A stretch of 64,000 nt of DNA. It comes from a virus. The translations under genes and the position numbers were made by a program. Shown here in pieces: positions 29,927-39,508 of the stretch. Each line of letters starts with the position of its first letter. Positions within the stretch are counted from its first letter, which is position 1. Location: UHGV virus genome UHGV-0286546. The stretch is one strand, 5' to 3'. The notes beneath the pieces are model-generated. The model saw only the letters and a list, made by a program, of their open reading frames with translations, made no database searches and had not been told where the DNA came from.

Positions 29927-30172
29927 TTAATCGAGACCTGCAGCTGCTTCATACAAGGCATATATGTGCTTCTCTTCATCACGTTCTGATTTTGCTTTAG
30001 CTCTTTGTTTTACAACGTGACGCAAAGCTTTAACATCAAATCCTGCACTTTTTGCTTCTGCGTAAATGTCACGAATATCACCAGAGACGGCTTTTTTCTC
30101 TTCTTCTAAATGCTCAATACGTTCAATCAAAGATTTCAAACGTGCATTATCAATTCCACCGATTTCAGTCAT
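29927..30172 (-). CDS. GapR-like DUF2312 nucleoid-associated protein
   Basis: 'LKSLIERIEHLEEEKKAVSGDIRDIYAEAKSAGFDVKALRHVVKQRAKAKSERDEEK' closely parallels Caulobacter GapR ('LKSIIDRVERLEVEKAEI...YAEAKGNGFDVKVLKKVV...') as recalled. This gene looks more GC-rich than its neighbours. Confidence 0.65.
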   Translation of the reverse strand: MTEIGGIDNARLKSLIERIEHLEEEKKAVSGDIRDIYAEAKSAGFDVKALRHVVKQRAKAKSERDEEKHIYALYEAAAGLD

Positions 30173-30179
30173 TTTAAAA

Positions 30180-30503
30180 TTACTCCTTTGTTAAGTTTTT
30201 TGGATCAAAATTACAAACATTTCTATCTTTAAAAGATTTAACTTCTAACCAATCTTTTAGAGTAGCAACGTAAGAGGTTTTTTTAGTTTCTTTATTACGA
30301 TATTTTAACTGAACACAAGAAGGCTGTCCTTTATAAGTCGTAATACTTACACTATAACCATTACTTTTAAGAAATTCATATACTTTTTTTTCTAATGTAA
30401 TCTGAAAACCTCGTCTTTCTATTGTAATAAGTTCTGGTTCTTCAATCTTACAACAAGTACATTTACATTCTTTTTTAAATAAATTTGTTAACCATTTAAG
30501 CAT
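30180..30503 (-). CDS. Hypothetical Cys-cluster protein
   Basis: N-terminal 'CKCTCC' followed by 'PSCVQ'. Confidence 0.3.
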   Translation of the reverse strand: MLKWLTNLFKKECKCTCCKIEEPELITIERRGFQITLEKKVYEFLKSNGYSVSITTYKGQPSCVQLKYRNKETKKTSYVATLKDWLEVKSFKDRNVCNFDPKNLTKE

Positions 30504-30508
30504 TAGTA

Positions 30509-31606
30509 TTAATCCTCTAAAATTTCACCAGTTTCGGGATCGAATTTAATGTTTTCGTTATCTTCTATTTCCGGTATATCTTCCATCTGTTCAAAAGAAG
30601 CTTTTACAAATTCTTTAACTTTTTTCGTAAACTCTTCCATCAAATCAGTATTAGACTTTAACCAACTCAAAGCTTTTTCTTTACCTTGTGCTACGTTTTC
30701 ACCATTGTATTTGAACCAAGCACCAGATTTTTCTAATAAACCGAATTTAACGGCATAATCTAAAACTTCTTCTGCTTTATCAATACCTTTACCAAAACGA
30801 ATTACAAAGTTAGCAGTCGTAAACGGAGGAGCAACTTTGTTTTTAATAATTTTAACTTCAGTGTCTCTAGCTGTAATAATGTCGCCTTCTTTTACTTGAC
30901 CTTTGCCTGCGATTCTCATACGAATAGAAGCATAAAACTGCATAGCTAATCCTCCCGGTGTGGTTTCTGGATTGCCAAACATTACTCCGATTTTCATACG
31001 AATCTGATTTGTAAATAAGCACAAACAATTGGCTTCATTTGCAATAGGTGCAAGTTTTTTAAGCGCTTGTGAGATAATTCTAGCTTGAGTACCAATAAAG
31101 TTATCTCCAATTTCACCATTCAATTCAGCTTTTGTTCTACCAGATGCAATACTATCGAAAATAATGACATCAACTAACTTATTTGTCATTAACATTTCCA
31201 TCATCTGAAAAGCTTCTTCCATAGAGCTTGGTTGGCTGAACAGGAGCTTGTTTAAATCAATACCAAGAGCTTTGGCATATTTTGCATCAAAAGCGTTTTC
31301 TAGGTCCAAAAAAGCAGCCGTATAACCAGCCTTTTGAGCCTCTGCACATACCTGTAAACAAATAGTTGATTTACCTGATGATTCTGGTCCAAAAATTTCA
31401 ACGAATCGACCAAGAGGTAATCCTGAAACACCTGTAGCTAAATCCAATGAAATACTACCTGTAGAAATAGCATCACATTGTTTAACTTCTGCAGAATTAA
31501 ATGTCATCATAGCACCCGGACCAAATTGTTTGTTAATTAGTTTGAGTGCTTTATCTACATTTGAATCACCTGCAGATACTTCTACTTCTTCTTTCTTTTT
31601 TACCAT
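30509..31606 (-). CDS. recA: RecA recombinase
   Basis: 'SLDLATGVSGLPLGRFVEIFGPESSGKST' covers the RecA L1/Walker A region. The C-terminal 'GAWFKYNGENVAQGKEKA' is the RecA C-domain signature. Confidence 0.9.
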   Translation of the reverse strand: MVKKKEEVEVSAGDSNVDKALKLINKQFGPGAMMTFNSAEVKQCDAISTGSISLDLATGVSGLPLGRFVEIFGPESSGKSTICLQVCAEAQKAGYTAAFLDLENAFDAKYAKALGIDLNKLLFSQPSSMEEAFQMMEMLMTNKLVDVIIFDSIASGRTKAELNGEIGDNFIGTQARIISQALKKLAPIANEANCLCLFTNQIRMKIGVMFGNPETTPGGLAMQFYASIRMRIAGKGQVKEGDIITARDTEVKIIKNKVAPPFTTANFVIRFGKGIDKAEEVLDYAVKFGLLEKSGAWFKYNGENVAQGKEKALSWLKSNTDLMEEFTKKVKEFVKASFEQMEDIPEIEDNENIKFDPETGEILED

Positions 31607-31702
31607 TATATTCTTTTCCTTCTCATAAAATATAGGTATTATTTAGAATATTAAATCAATTCTTTTTCTACAAAGTTATTTTAAAGAAATTTCTGTTTTT
31701 TA

Positions 31703-31741
31703 TATAAAAGAAAGAGACACCAAAATTAATCAGTGTCTCTT
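31703..31741 (-). terminator. Rho-independent terminator downstream of clpP
   Basis: Perfect 8-bp stem AGAGACAC/GTGTCTCT with a T-rich tract on the minus strand. Confidence 0.55.
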
Positions 31742-31800
31742 CTACCTATTTTGAAAGGAAAAGAAATAGGATTTATATATAGAACTGTTGTTTTTAGAAA

Positions 31801-32388
31801 TTATTTACGTTTTTTTACAATTTCATCACAACAGCCATAATCAATCGCTTCTTGAGCATTTAACCACAAATCACGTTGACTATCTGATTTAATGGTTTCG
31901 ACGTCTTTACCACAGCATTTAGCCAATCTTTCCATAGCTACGTCATTGATTCGTTCCATTTCTTTATAGTTTACTCTGGCATCCTGTACATTACCACTAT
32001 AACCTCCAGAAACCTGATGAATCATTACTCTAGCAGATGGATAAATTCTACGATGACCTTTTTCTCCACTCGCAGCAATAACAATACCCATACTAGCAGA
32101 CAAACCAGAAATTACCGTATAAACAGGACAACTGATTGATTCCATAATATCAATAATTGCTAATCCAGCTGTAACTGAACCACCTTGAGAATTAATAACC
32201 ATTGTAATAGGCTCATCTGGATTTTCTGACGCCAAATACAAAAGCTGTGCTGTTACCGATTCTGCCAATTCATCTCTAATTTCACCTTGACACAATACAA
32301 TTCTATCCTGTAAAAGTCTGGTGGTTAGAGATACAGCACGTTCGTTACCGTTTTGATCTCTATGAATAACTGCAGGCAATTCCAACAT
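31801..32388 (-). CDS. clpP: ATP-dependent Clp protease proteolytic subunit ClpP
   Basis: Catalytic Ser in 'GLSASMG', His in 'RVMIHQ', and 'GQGGSVTAGLAI'. Confidence 0.85.
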   Translation of the reverse strand: MLELPAVIHRDQNGNERAVSLTTRLLQDRIVLCQGEIRDELAESVTAQLLYLASENPDEPITMVINSQGGSVTAGLAIIDIMESISCPVYTVISGLSASMGIVIAASGEKGHRRIYPSARVMIHQVSGGYSGNVQDARVNYKEMERINDVAMERLAKCCGKDVETIKSDSQRDLWLNAQEAIDYGCCDEIVKKRK

Positions 32389-32457
32389 TTTAAAATTTTC
32401 CTTTTTATTTGTTAATGATAAATTTATTATATATCAATATCAATTCGTGTAAAACAA

Positions 32458-32880
32458 TTAATTTAATTCTAACTCAGATGATTTTTCTTCCATATCCATT
32501 TCTGTTAATACAAAGGCTTCTCCATCTTCTGGGTAAACGCGTATAACAGCTTCACGAATAGCGCATCCTCTTTTTAATCTAAATGGTATAGTTTTCCACC
32601 ATTCTTTAATAGATTCTGCTTGTTCTTTGTCAAAATCTCGAAGATCACCAAAGATAGCTACAGTTTTCATATATTCACTGGCGTCATCCTCTTTTCGTTC
32701 AATAATTTCTACATCGAGACTACCTTCTGAGCCCTTTGGTAGATTAGTGGTTCCATCTTTACTTGGATTATACCAAGTATCTCTTTTAAATACTGTAGAT
32801 AAATCCACGCCTCTACCACCGCCGATTGCATTATAATCATCGATCCGAATTATTCCTGTCACATGTGTCCAAGTGCTCAT
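32458..32880 (-). CDS. Hypothetical protein, paralog of 34045..34458
   Basis: The two are alignable over their whole length: 'WTHVTGIIRIDD...GSEGSLDVEIIER...FGDLRDFDKE...EWWK'. Confidence 0.4.
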   Translation of the reverse strand: MSTWTHVTGIIRIDDYNAIGGGRGVDLSTVFKRDTWYNPSKDGTTNLPKGSEGSLDVEIIERKEDDASEYMKTVAIFGDLRDFDKEQAESIKEWWKTIPFRLKRGCAIREAVIRVYPEDGEAFVLTEMDMEEKSSELELN

Positions 32881-32891
32881 CTTTTTATCCT

Positions 32892-33989
32892 TTATTCTGC
32901 TTTCAGAGTAAACGCTTCATCTTTTTTAAGAAGATTTAAAAGTTGTTCTTCAGTTTTTCTAATTGCAGAAAATACAACCTGCGTAGATAAACCTAAACTC
33001 TGAGCAGCCAAATATGCAGATTTTGTTTTATTATATTCTGCTCTAATTTGCATTACCTCATTAAAAGTAAGAATTTTTCTAGGCTTATTTGCATTCATTT
33101 CCTTATGATACATTGCATGTTCTTCTTTAGTTACATGCTTTAAATTTTCCAAACGATTATCTGAATGATCTCCGTTTAAATGGTGTACTTCTGTAGCAAC
33201 CAATTCACTATCACGCTTTTTATACGGATTATGTAAAAAAGTATCAGCTGCTAATTTATAAATCGCCTTAGAAATACCATTAATAGTAACATATAAGCTA
33301 TTTGTTTTCGTAGATGGTTGTAGTTCTTTTTTACTTATCAATTTTCTAATATGATATGTAGAGCAAGTTACACCATATTCATTTGTATAGTAATAAGGTT
33401 CACTATAAATTTGATAATCAGGAAAATTAGTAATATTAAACCACTGTGGATGATTACGCAAATACTCCAAATATTCTTTTTCTCTTTCTTTTTCAGCATC
33501 TGTCATAACGATAATATTTGATTTCTTAGTATCTTCTTCTTTGTTATCGTTTACCGAAGTTAACACTTCTTCGTTAGATTTAACTTCTTCCTCTTTTACT
33601 GGAGCAGTTAAATTAGATAAAACGCGTGGTTTACCGTAGCGTTGTTTTACATAACTACCATCTAATACAGATTCCATACTAACGCCTGTCTTATCACAAG
33701 CATCTTGTAAAGTAAATTGATTTTCCATGCTAGGATCATATGTACTATTATATTTATCAATATCTACTTGAGTCCAACCCGCATATTGTTTACGATTTTC
33801 AATTACGCGATTCATACCTTCTCTAACTGTTGTAGTTTTAGTTGAATGTCTTTTGCCATCATTTTTGACAAGTGTAATATCATAAATTACTTTTTTACTA
33901 CACAAACTAGATCTCACGTCAAAACAAATATATTTCGGTAAATTATATTTTCTAGTCATGTTTTTTCCTTTCATAAATTTTAAAAACAA
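32892..33989 (-). CDS. HNH homing endonuclease with C-terminal HTH
   Basis: HNH motif 'HHLNGDHSDNRLENLKHVTKEEH' and a C-terminal HTH-like 'SAYLAAQSLGLSTQVVFSAIRK'. Confidence 0.65.
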   Translation of the reverse strand: MFLKFMKGKNMTRKYNLPKYICFDVRSSLCSKKVIYDITLVKNDGKRHSTKTTTVREGMNRVIENRKQYAGWTQVDIDKYNSTYDPSMENQFTLQDACDKTGVSMESVLDGSYVKQRYGKPRVLSNLTAPVKEEEVKSNEEVLTSVNDNKEEDTKKSNIIVMTDAEKEREKEYLEYLRNHPQWFNITNFPDYQIYSEPYYYTNEYGVTCSTYHIRKLISKKELQPSTKTNSLYVTINGISKAIYKLAADTFLHNPYKKRDSELVATEVHHLNGDHSDNRLENLKHVTKEEHAMYHKEMNANKPRKILTFNEVMQIRAEYNKTKSAYLAAQSLGLSTQVVFSAIRKTEEQLLNLLKKDEAFTLKAE

Positions 33990-34044
33990 AAATACTATAA
34001 ACTATAAAAAGTATATCGTAAAACAGATTTCAATTAATAAATGT

Positions 34045-34458
34045 TTAAGAATTTTTAATTTCCATGTCTTTTTCAGTTAATACAAAAGATTCACCATCTT
34101 CTGGAATTACTTGCAATACAGCTTGACGAATCAAACATGTTTTACCACACCGCTTAGAAATATTCTTCCACCATTCTCTAATCGAATTACATTTTTCTTT
34201 ATCAAAATCTCGCAAATCACCAAAGATAGAAATAGTTTTAAAATAAGCAGCTGAATCTTCTTCATTTCTTTCAATAAATTCTACATCTAAACTTCCTTCT
34301 GATCCGGTTGGCATGTTCCCATTTTTATTAGGATGAGTCCAAGTATCACGAATAAAAACTTTCAAAAAATCTGTAGGCTGTCCAATCAAAACACCAAGAT
34401 CATCAATTCTAATTGTACCTGCGACATGTGTCCATACACTCATTATATTTCCTTTCAT
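34045..34458 (-). CDS. Hypothetical protein, paralog of 32458..32880
   Basis: See paralog entry 32458..32880. Confidence 0.4.
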   Translation of the reverse strand: MKGNIMSVWTHVAGTIRIDDLGVLIGQPTDFLKVFIRDTWTHPNKNGNMPTGSEGSLDVEFIERNEEDSAAYFKTISIFGDLRDFDKEKCNSIREWWKNISKRCGKTCLIRQAVLQVIPEDGESFVLTEKDMEIKNS

Positions 34459-34552
34459 AAAATTAAAACAAAATATTATTTACTATATCTTCTCAATAAT
34501 GTAAAACAAAAAAAATAAGGAGCTACTTAATTTCGCTCCTCATTAACATTAT

Positions 34553-35914
34553 TTACGCAATGTCCGAAGGTGTAGGACTATAATTTACTTCTTTATTATA
34601 AAATGGTCCAACCTTATCTAACATCTTAGCAAGTTTAGTTTTGATTGTTACTTTTTCAAGGCTTACTGTACCTTCTTCAGCTTCGTCTTTTTTAAGTAAA
34701 ATCTTTGTAATGATCTTACCTAATTCGAAACACATTTCTTCAGTAAAACCTCTAGTGGTGACTGCTGCTGTACCTAAACGAATACCCGTACAGTCAGAAG
34801 GCTTTTTATCATCTTTAATCATATTTTTATTACAAATGATACTGTAAGAAGTAAGTCTATCTTCTGCTTCCTTACCGTACATGTCAGTCTTAGAAATATC
34901 TACAAGTACTAAATGATTATCAGAACCACCAGATACAAAATCAATCAAATTATTTGTGTCTTCAGCTTTGATTCCTTTAATCATTGCTTGCATATTTAAA
35001 AGAATTTGTTTAGCATATTTTTTAAAGGCCGGAGTTTGTGCTTCTATAAAACATTGAGCCTTTGCTGCAATAGTTGCTTGATTTGAACCACCTTGAGTAC
35101 GAGGAAATACACCAGCATTTAATTTATTACATAAATCTTGATCATTCCAAAGAATCAATCCACCTCTTGGTCCACGTAACGTTTTATGCGTCGTAGAAGT
35201 AACTACATCTGCATAAGGTAACGGAGAAGGATGTAAACCGGCAGCAACCAAACCAGCAATATGTGCCATATCAACCATTAAATAACAAGATTTGATTGGA
35301 GTTTCAGGATTATTAGAGCCTCCACAATCATAATAAACGGATTGATTGTAATCATCAACCATACTTTTAATTCTTTCAAATTCAATGATGCGAGAATAAG
35401 CACTTGCTCCAACAACCAATAATCTAGGTTTACAAGAATAAAGTTTCTCTCTAATTTCTTCATAATTTAAATAACCATTTTCATCGAGGCCATAATATTC
35501 AGCAACATATTCTTTACTTGTATCTGACGCTGGTGAAACGTGAGTCAAGTGTCCACCTGCTGCTAAACTCATTCCAAGAACTTTGTCACCAGGTTTTAAC
35601 AATCCTGCATATACAGCTTGATTTGCTTGAGAACCTGACCAAGGCTGAACGTTAGCATAATTACAATTAAAGAGTTTACATGCCTGCTCAATAGCATAAT
35701 TTTCGAGCTTATCAATAATATGACATCCAGCGTAATGTCTACCTTGTTTAGATACTTCCTTAGAAAAACCCTCAGAATATTTTACAGAAAAATGTGAACC
35801 CATAAGATCTAAAATATCCTGTGAAGGGTAATTTTCAGATGCAATCAATTCAATATCATTATTGAGTCGCCAAGTTTCTTCTTTTTCTAACTCTTGCAAA
35901 TATTTATTAATCAT
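34553..35914 (-). CDS. glyA: Serine hydroxymethyltransferase
   Basis: PLP-lysine block 'TTHKTLRGPRGGLIL' and the Gly-rich 'GGHLTHG' region. Length is 453 aa. Confidence 0.9.
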   Translation of the reverse strand: MINKYLQELEKEETWRLNNDIELIASENYPSQDILDLMGSHFSVKYSEGFSKEVSKQGRHYAGCHIIDKLENYAIEQACKLFNCNYANVQPWSGSQANQAVYAGLLKPGDKVLGMSLAAGGHLTHVSPASDTSKEYVAEYYGLDENGYLNYEEIREKLYSCKPRLLVVGASAYSRIIEFERIKSMVDDYNQSVYYDCGGSNNPETPIKSCYLMVDMAHIAGLVAAGLHPSPLPYADVVTSTTHKTLRGPRGGLILWNDQDLCNKLNAGVFPRTQGGSNQATIAAKAQCFIEAQTPAFKKYAKQILLNMQAMIKGIKAEDTNNLIDFVSGGSDNHLVLVDISKTDMYGKEAEDRLTSYSIICNKNMIKDDKKPSDCTGIRLGTAAVTTRGFTEEMCFELGKIITKILLKKDEAEEGTVSLEKVTIKTKLAKMLDKVGPFYNKEVNYSPTPSDIA

Positions 35915-35929
35915 TGTTCGTTTCTCCTT

Positions 35930-36940
35930 CTATATAAAGTTTTCTTCTAATCTAAATAAACGGGTTAATTCTTGTTTCTTTTTATTTTCATCGAATTTTA
36001 TATCCTCTTCTGTATTATAATAATCTGATGTGTATTTATAAAGCTGATTATAGAATTCTTTTTTGTTTTCTGGTGTTAAATAAAAAATATCTTTTCTAAA
36101 CATAGCTTGTATATCTGCATCAATTACATTATAGTATCCTTTTGGTAACGGTACTTGTCCTAAAAACATATCAAACCAAGTATTTATATAATCTTTATCT
36201 TTTAAATTTTCAAAAACAAGGTTTTTTCCATTCCTTAAAATAAATCTTCCAAAAGTTCCAATAATCATTTGTACATTAGCTTTAAATTCATCTGGATCAT
36301 TTAAATAAGCAATGGAGTCTAGTATGTCATATTTTTTATTAGCTAAACTGTTTGTCATATCATCTACATAATGCTGTAACTCATGTAAATAATTATAATC
36401 TGTATCCAAAAATAATTTTACGATGTCTAGCTTTGTGATGTTTTCGATATTTTCAACAAAGATAATTAAAGTTTTTGTTTCATCGTCATATCCCAGCAAA
36501 ACATCTTCCGGCATTTTATATTCATTGCGCTCAGAAAACTTAACTGTTAACTTTCCAAAGACTGTATCAATTGAAAATGAATGATTATTATCTAAAGAAG
36601 AGTATAGACTTGTTTTTCTAAATTCATCTATATCATATGGAAGTGAAGCCACTGATCCATATGTTTTATATGCACCAATCATATCTTTTTCATTTCTAGA
36701 TAACTTACTATATATATCTTTTAATAAATCTCGATATATATCATTGGCAATTCTTCTTTCTCTAGTTAATTGTAACGGATCAAAAGCTTCTGTCAAATAT
36801 AAGTATTGCTTTACAGGATATTTGGCAGGAATGGAAAAACCCTTTATTTGTTGTAATGATTTTTCTACTAATCTTCCTACTTCTGTTTCAGATGTATGTT
36901 TCATAGCCAATTTATATATATTGTCCAGGTATTCATTCAT
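35930..36940 (-). CDS. Hypothetical protein
   Basis: Intact 336-aa ORF. Confidence 0.3.
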   Translation of the reverse strand: MNEYLDNIYKLAMKHTSETEVGRLVEKSLQQIKGFSIPAKYPVKQYLYLTEAFDPLQLTRERRIANDIYRDLLKDIYSKLSRNEKDMIGAYKTYGSVASLPYDIDEFRKTSLYSSLDNNHSFSIDTVFGKLTVKFSERNEYKMPEDVLLGYDDETKTLIIFVENIENITKLDIVKLFLDTDYNYLHELQHYVDDMTNSLANKKYDILDSIAYLNDPDEFKANVQMIIGTFGRFILRNGKNLVFENLKDKDYINTWFDMFLGQVPLPKGYYNVIDADIQAMFRKDIFYLTPENKKEFYNQLYKYTSDYYNTEEDIKFDENKKKQELTRLFRLEENFI

Positions 36941-36951
36941 CTATTTTGTCT

Positions 36952-38019
36952 TTAATCAGCGTAATTATCAAAATATCTTTTAACGTAAACAACCGGTGTA
37001 CCTTTGTCACCACTTCCTGATGTTAAATCCATTAAAGATCCAAGTAAATCTGTATATCTTCTGGGTGTAGTTCCTTGTGATGCCATACTACCTTTTAAAT
37101 CATTATTTTTAGTTTTAATTTCTTGTTTAATAGCATTTGTAAGTTCTTCACCAGATAGATTTTTATATTTGTCATCGGCAAAATTTTTAATCTTAATTTC
37201 ATTTGGTGTACCTTCAAGACCAGAAGTATATGCAGGGCTTACAACAGGATCAGCGAATTCCCAAATTCCTCCAATAGGATCTTTAAAACAGCCATCTCCA
37301 TAAACCATTACTTCAACTTTTTTACCAGTTTTTCCGTAAAGATATGCTTGAATCCCTTCTACAACTTGTTGAGCAAATTTACGAGATGGAAATAATTTTA
37401 ATTTTTCTTCTGTAGCTTTATTTGAACCATAAAGTCCATATTCACATTTATCAGCACAAATATCTGCCAGAGTAAATTTACCTAATTTTTCTCCACATTG
37501 AGGATGTAATCTACAATCAATAGCAGAATCAAAATCATAATTTAATGATTCATTCGGTAATTTTATATAAGCGGATTTACCTTCTCCTTCTATAATTGAT
37601 TTATAGTATTCATCATAATTAATACCTGTAAATGGATGACTTCTATACACATTTCCAACTTCATCCACACAGTCTAATCTAAGATAAACCCCCGTTTGTG
37701 CGGCACGAGCAATTGCTTTTAAAATCATTGCAAATCTATTTCTGGAAAAGATAGGACTTACAACAGTGATATAATTATGATTGCCCATTTTATTGCGAAT
37801 ATCCTCTGCAATTTCATCAACAGTAACATAATTTCCTTCTGCTCTTGCTACTATGGATTCTGTGATACCAATAATATCTCTATCTTCAATATTATCAATA
37901 GCATTGAGAACAGTATCACAAACTATTTGACAAATATCATCACCTTCACGAATAATTGGCATAATTAAACCAGTTGAACTAACTCCATATTTTTTCATGT
38001 ATAAGCTTCCTTTTCGCAC
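36952..38019 (-). CDS. F420-0:gamma-glutamyl ligase (CofE)-family domain protein with extra C-terminal region
   Basis: The N-terminus 'IREGDDICQIVCDTVLNAIDNIEDRDIIGITESIVARAEGNYVTVDEI' follows the CofE-family pattern (GDDl...dgDi..i.SKiVSkAEGr.v.l). The protein is ~100 aa longer than typical CofE. Confidence 0.4.
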   Translation of the reverse strand: MRKGSLYMKKYGVSSTGLIMPIIREGDDICQIVCDTVLNAIDNIEDRDIIGITESIVARAEGNYVTVDEIAEDIRNKMGNHNYITVVSPIFSRNRFAMILKAIARAAQTGVYLRLDCVDEVGNVYRSHPFTGINYDEYYKSIIEGEGKSAYIKLPNESLNYDFDSAIDCRLHPQCGEKLGKFTLADICADKCEYGLYGSNKATEEKLKLFPSRKFAQQVVEGIQAYLYGKTGKKVEVMVYGDGCFKDPIGGIWEFADPVVSPAYTSGLEGTPNEIKIKNFADDKYKNLSGEELTNAIKQEIKTKNNDLKGSMASQGTTPRRYTDLLGSLMDLTSGSGDKGTPVVYVKRYFDNYAD

Positions 38020-38185
38020 TATAATATTTTTTACGTGTTCTTACAACCATTATTTAGAATATTTTAGTTAATTATTTCTACCGATAAAATTTTTCCTTTT
38101 ATTTACTTATATTACACTGTTCTAGAAAAATAGTTATACGTTTTGTCTAATATTTTAACCTTTCTAAATAAAATGAAACAAATCA

Positions 38186-38590
38186 ATGGCCATTAAAAGT
38201 AAATTAGATCCAGAAGATAAGATAGAATTACTCATTAAACTTGCTTTTGGAATACCACCGAAAGATTTATCAAAAGAGTATGACTTATCAGAAGAAAAAA
38301 TTATTAATCTTAGAAAAAATAATTACTTAAAATACAATGAATTTTTCGATCATTGGAGAATCGATAAAGAGGTTGCGGTTTTAGATTTAACTCCTAAACA
38401 TGAAAGAGCTTTAAGTATAGTCAAAAAGTTTTATAAATCAAAAATTACAATCATTTCTGCAAATTCTATTTTATATAACGGTAAACCTTGTACAATGTCT
38501 GAAATCTTAGATATGGCAGACTATATTCTTCAAAAAGATAATATAATGTGCTTTAAAGATTTACCGCTTCAAATTAAAAATCATTATTAA
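38186..38590 (+). CDS. Hypothetical protein
   Basis: First gene of the plus-strand block after the divergent intergenic region. Confidence 0.3.
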   Translation: MAIKSKLDPEDKIELLIKLAFGIPPKDLSKEYDLSEEKIINLRKNNYLKYNEFFDHWRIDKEVAVLDLTPKHERALSIVKKFYKSKITIISANSILYNGKPCTMSEILDMADYILQKDNIMCFKDLPLQIKNHY

Positions 38591-38609
38591 AAAAGGAGAA
38601 TAAATAAAA

Positions 38610-39020
38610 ATGGCGATACAGCAAAAAGTCGTTGATATTTCCAGTAAAGAATTAACAAAACAGCAGTATGCCGAATCAACTAAAGGTATATATATGAATA
38701 TGCTTTGTGGTTGTAGATGGGACCCTGTTGATAATAAATATAAAATGGCACCTATTGTTTATTCTGATGTACCACTCGAAGGCGAAAAAGTTAAATACGG
38801 AAGTGGACAAGAATTCGTTGTAAATTATTCCTGTCTTGCTGAAGAATTTGCACACAAAACCGAAGTAAAAGATATGTGGTGGAAGAAAGCTCAGGAAATT
38901 GTAGATATGTATAAAGAGCAGTGCCAAATCGAAGACCACATCAAATCACACAATACAGATCTTAAAAAGTTACGTAAAGAAGGCGTACTTAAAGATCAAG
39001 AAGATTTAGATAAAGAATAA
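38610..39020 (+). CDS. Hypothetical protein
   Basis: ORF with AAGGAGAATAAA RBS. Confidence 0.35.
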   Translation: MAIQQKVVDISSKELTKQQYAESTKGIYMNMLCGCRWDPVDNKYKMAPIVYSDVPLEGEKVKYGSGQEFVVNYSCLAEEFAHKTEVKDMWWKKAQEIVDMYKEQCQIEDHIKSHNTDLKKLRKEGVLKDQEDLDKE

Positions 39021-39508
39021 TGTCTACAAACTATTCTAAAATTAAAACTATTTCCGAAGACACCGGTTTAAAAGAATCACAAGTTGCTGAAGTACTTTAT
39101 TCTTACCTATGCTGGTGTCTTCAAGAAGTTTTAATATCCGGAGAATCAAGAACAGTCTTCGGTACTTTGTCTTTAAATGAAAATAATCGCCTAAAACTAG
39201 AAAACGATAAAGAAGGACTAATTTCGCTACTCGGAAAATCAGACATTAAAATGATTAGAAAGATTTGCGAAGAAGGACCAGACTTTAAAATTTTTGGATA
39301 ATATAATTGATAAAAACTACATTCAAAGAAGAAAGAGACCTCGAAGAACTAATAGAAGATACATTCGACCTATGTGTTTCTAATAAAGATGAAATATACT
39401 GGTTAATTTGTCTTTTACGCGGATTTATGAATATTCCGAATAAACGTACTGAATACTGCCAAGAAAACTTCGAAATAAACAGATGGCAATATCAACTACA
39501 CCCAATCA

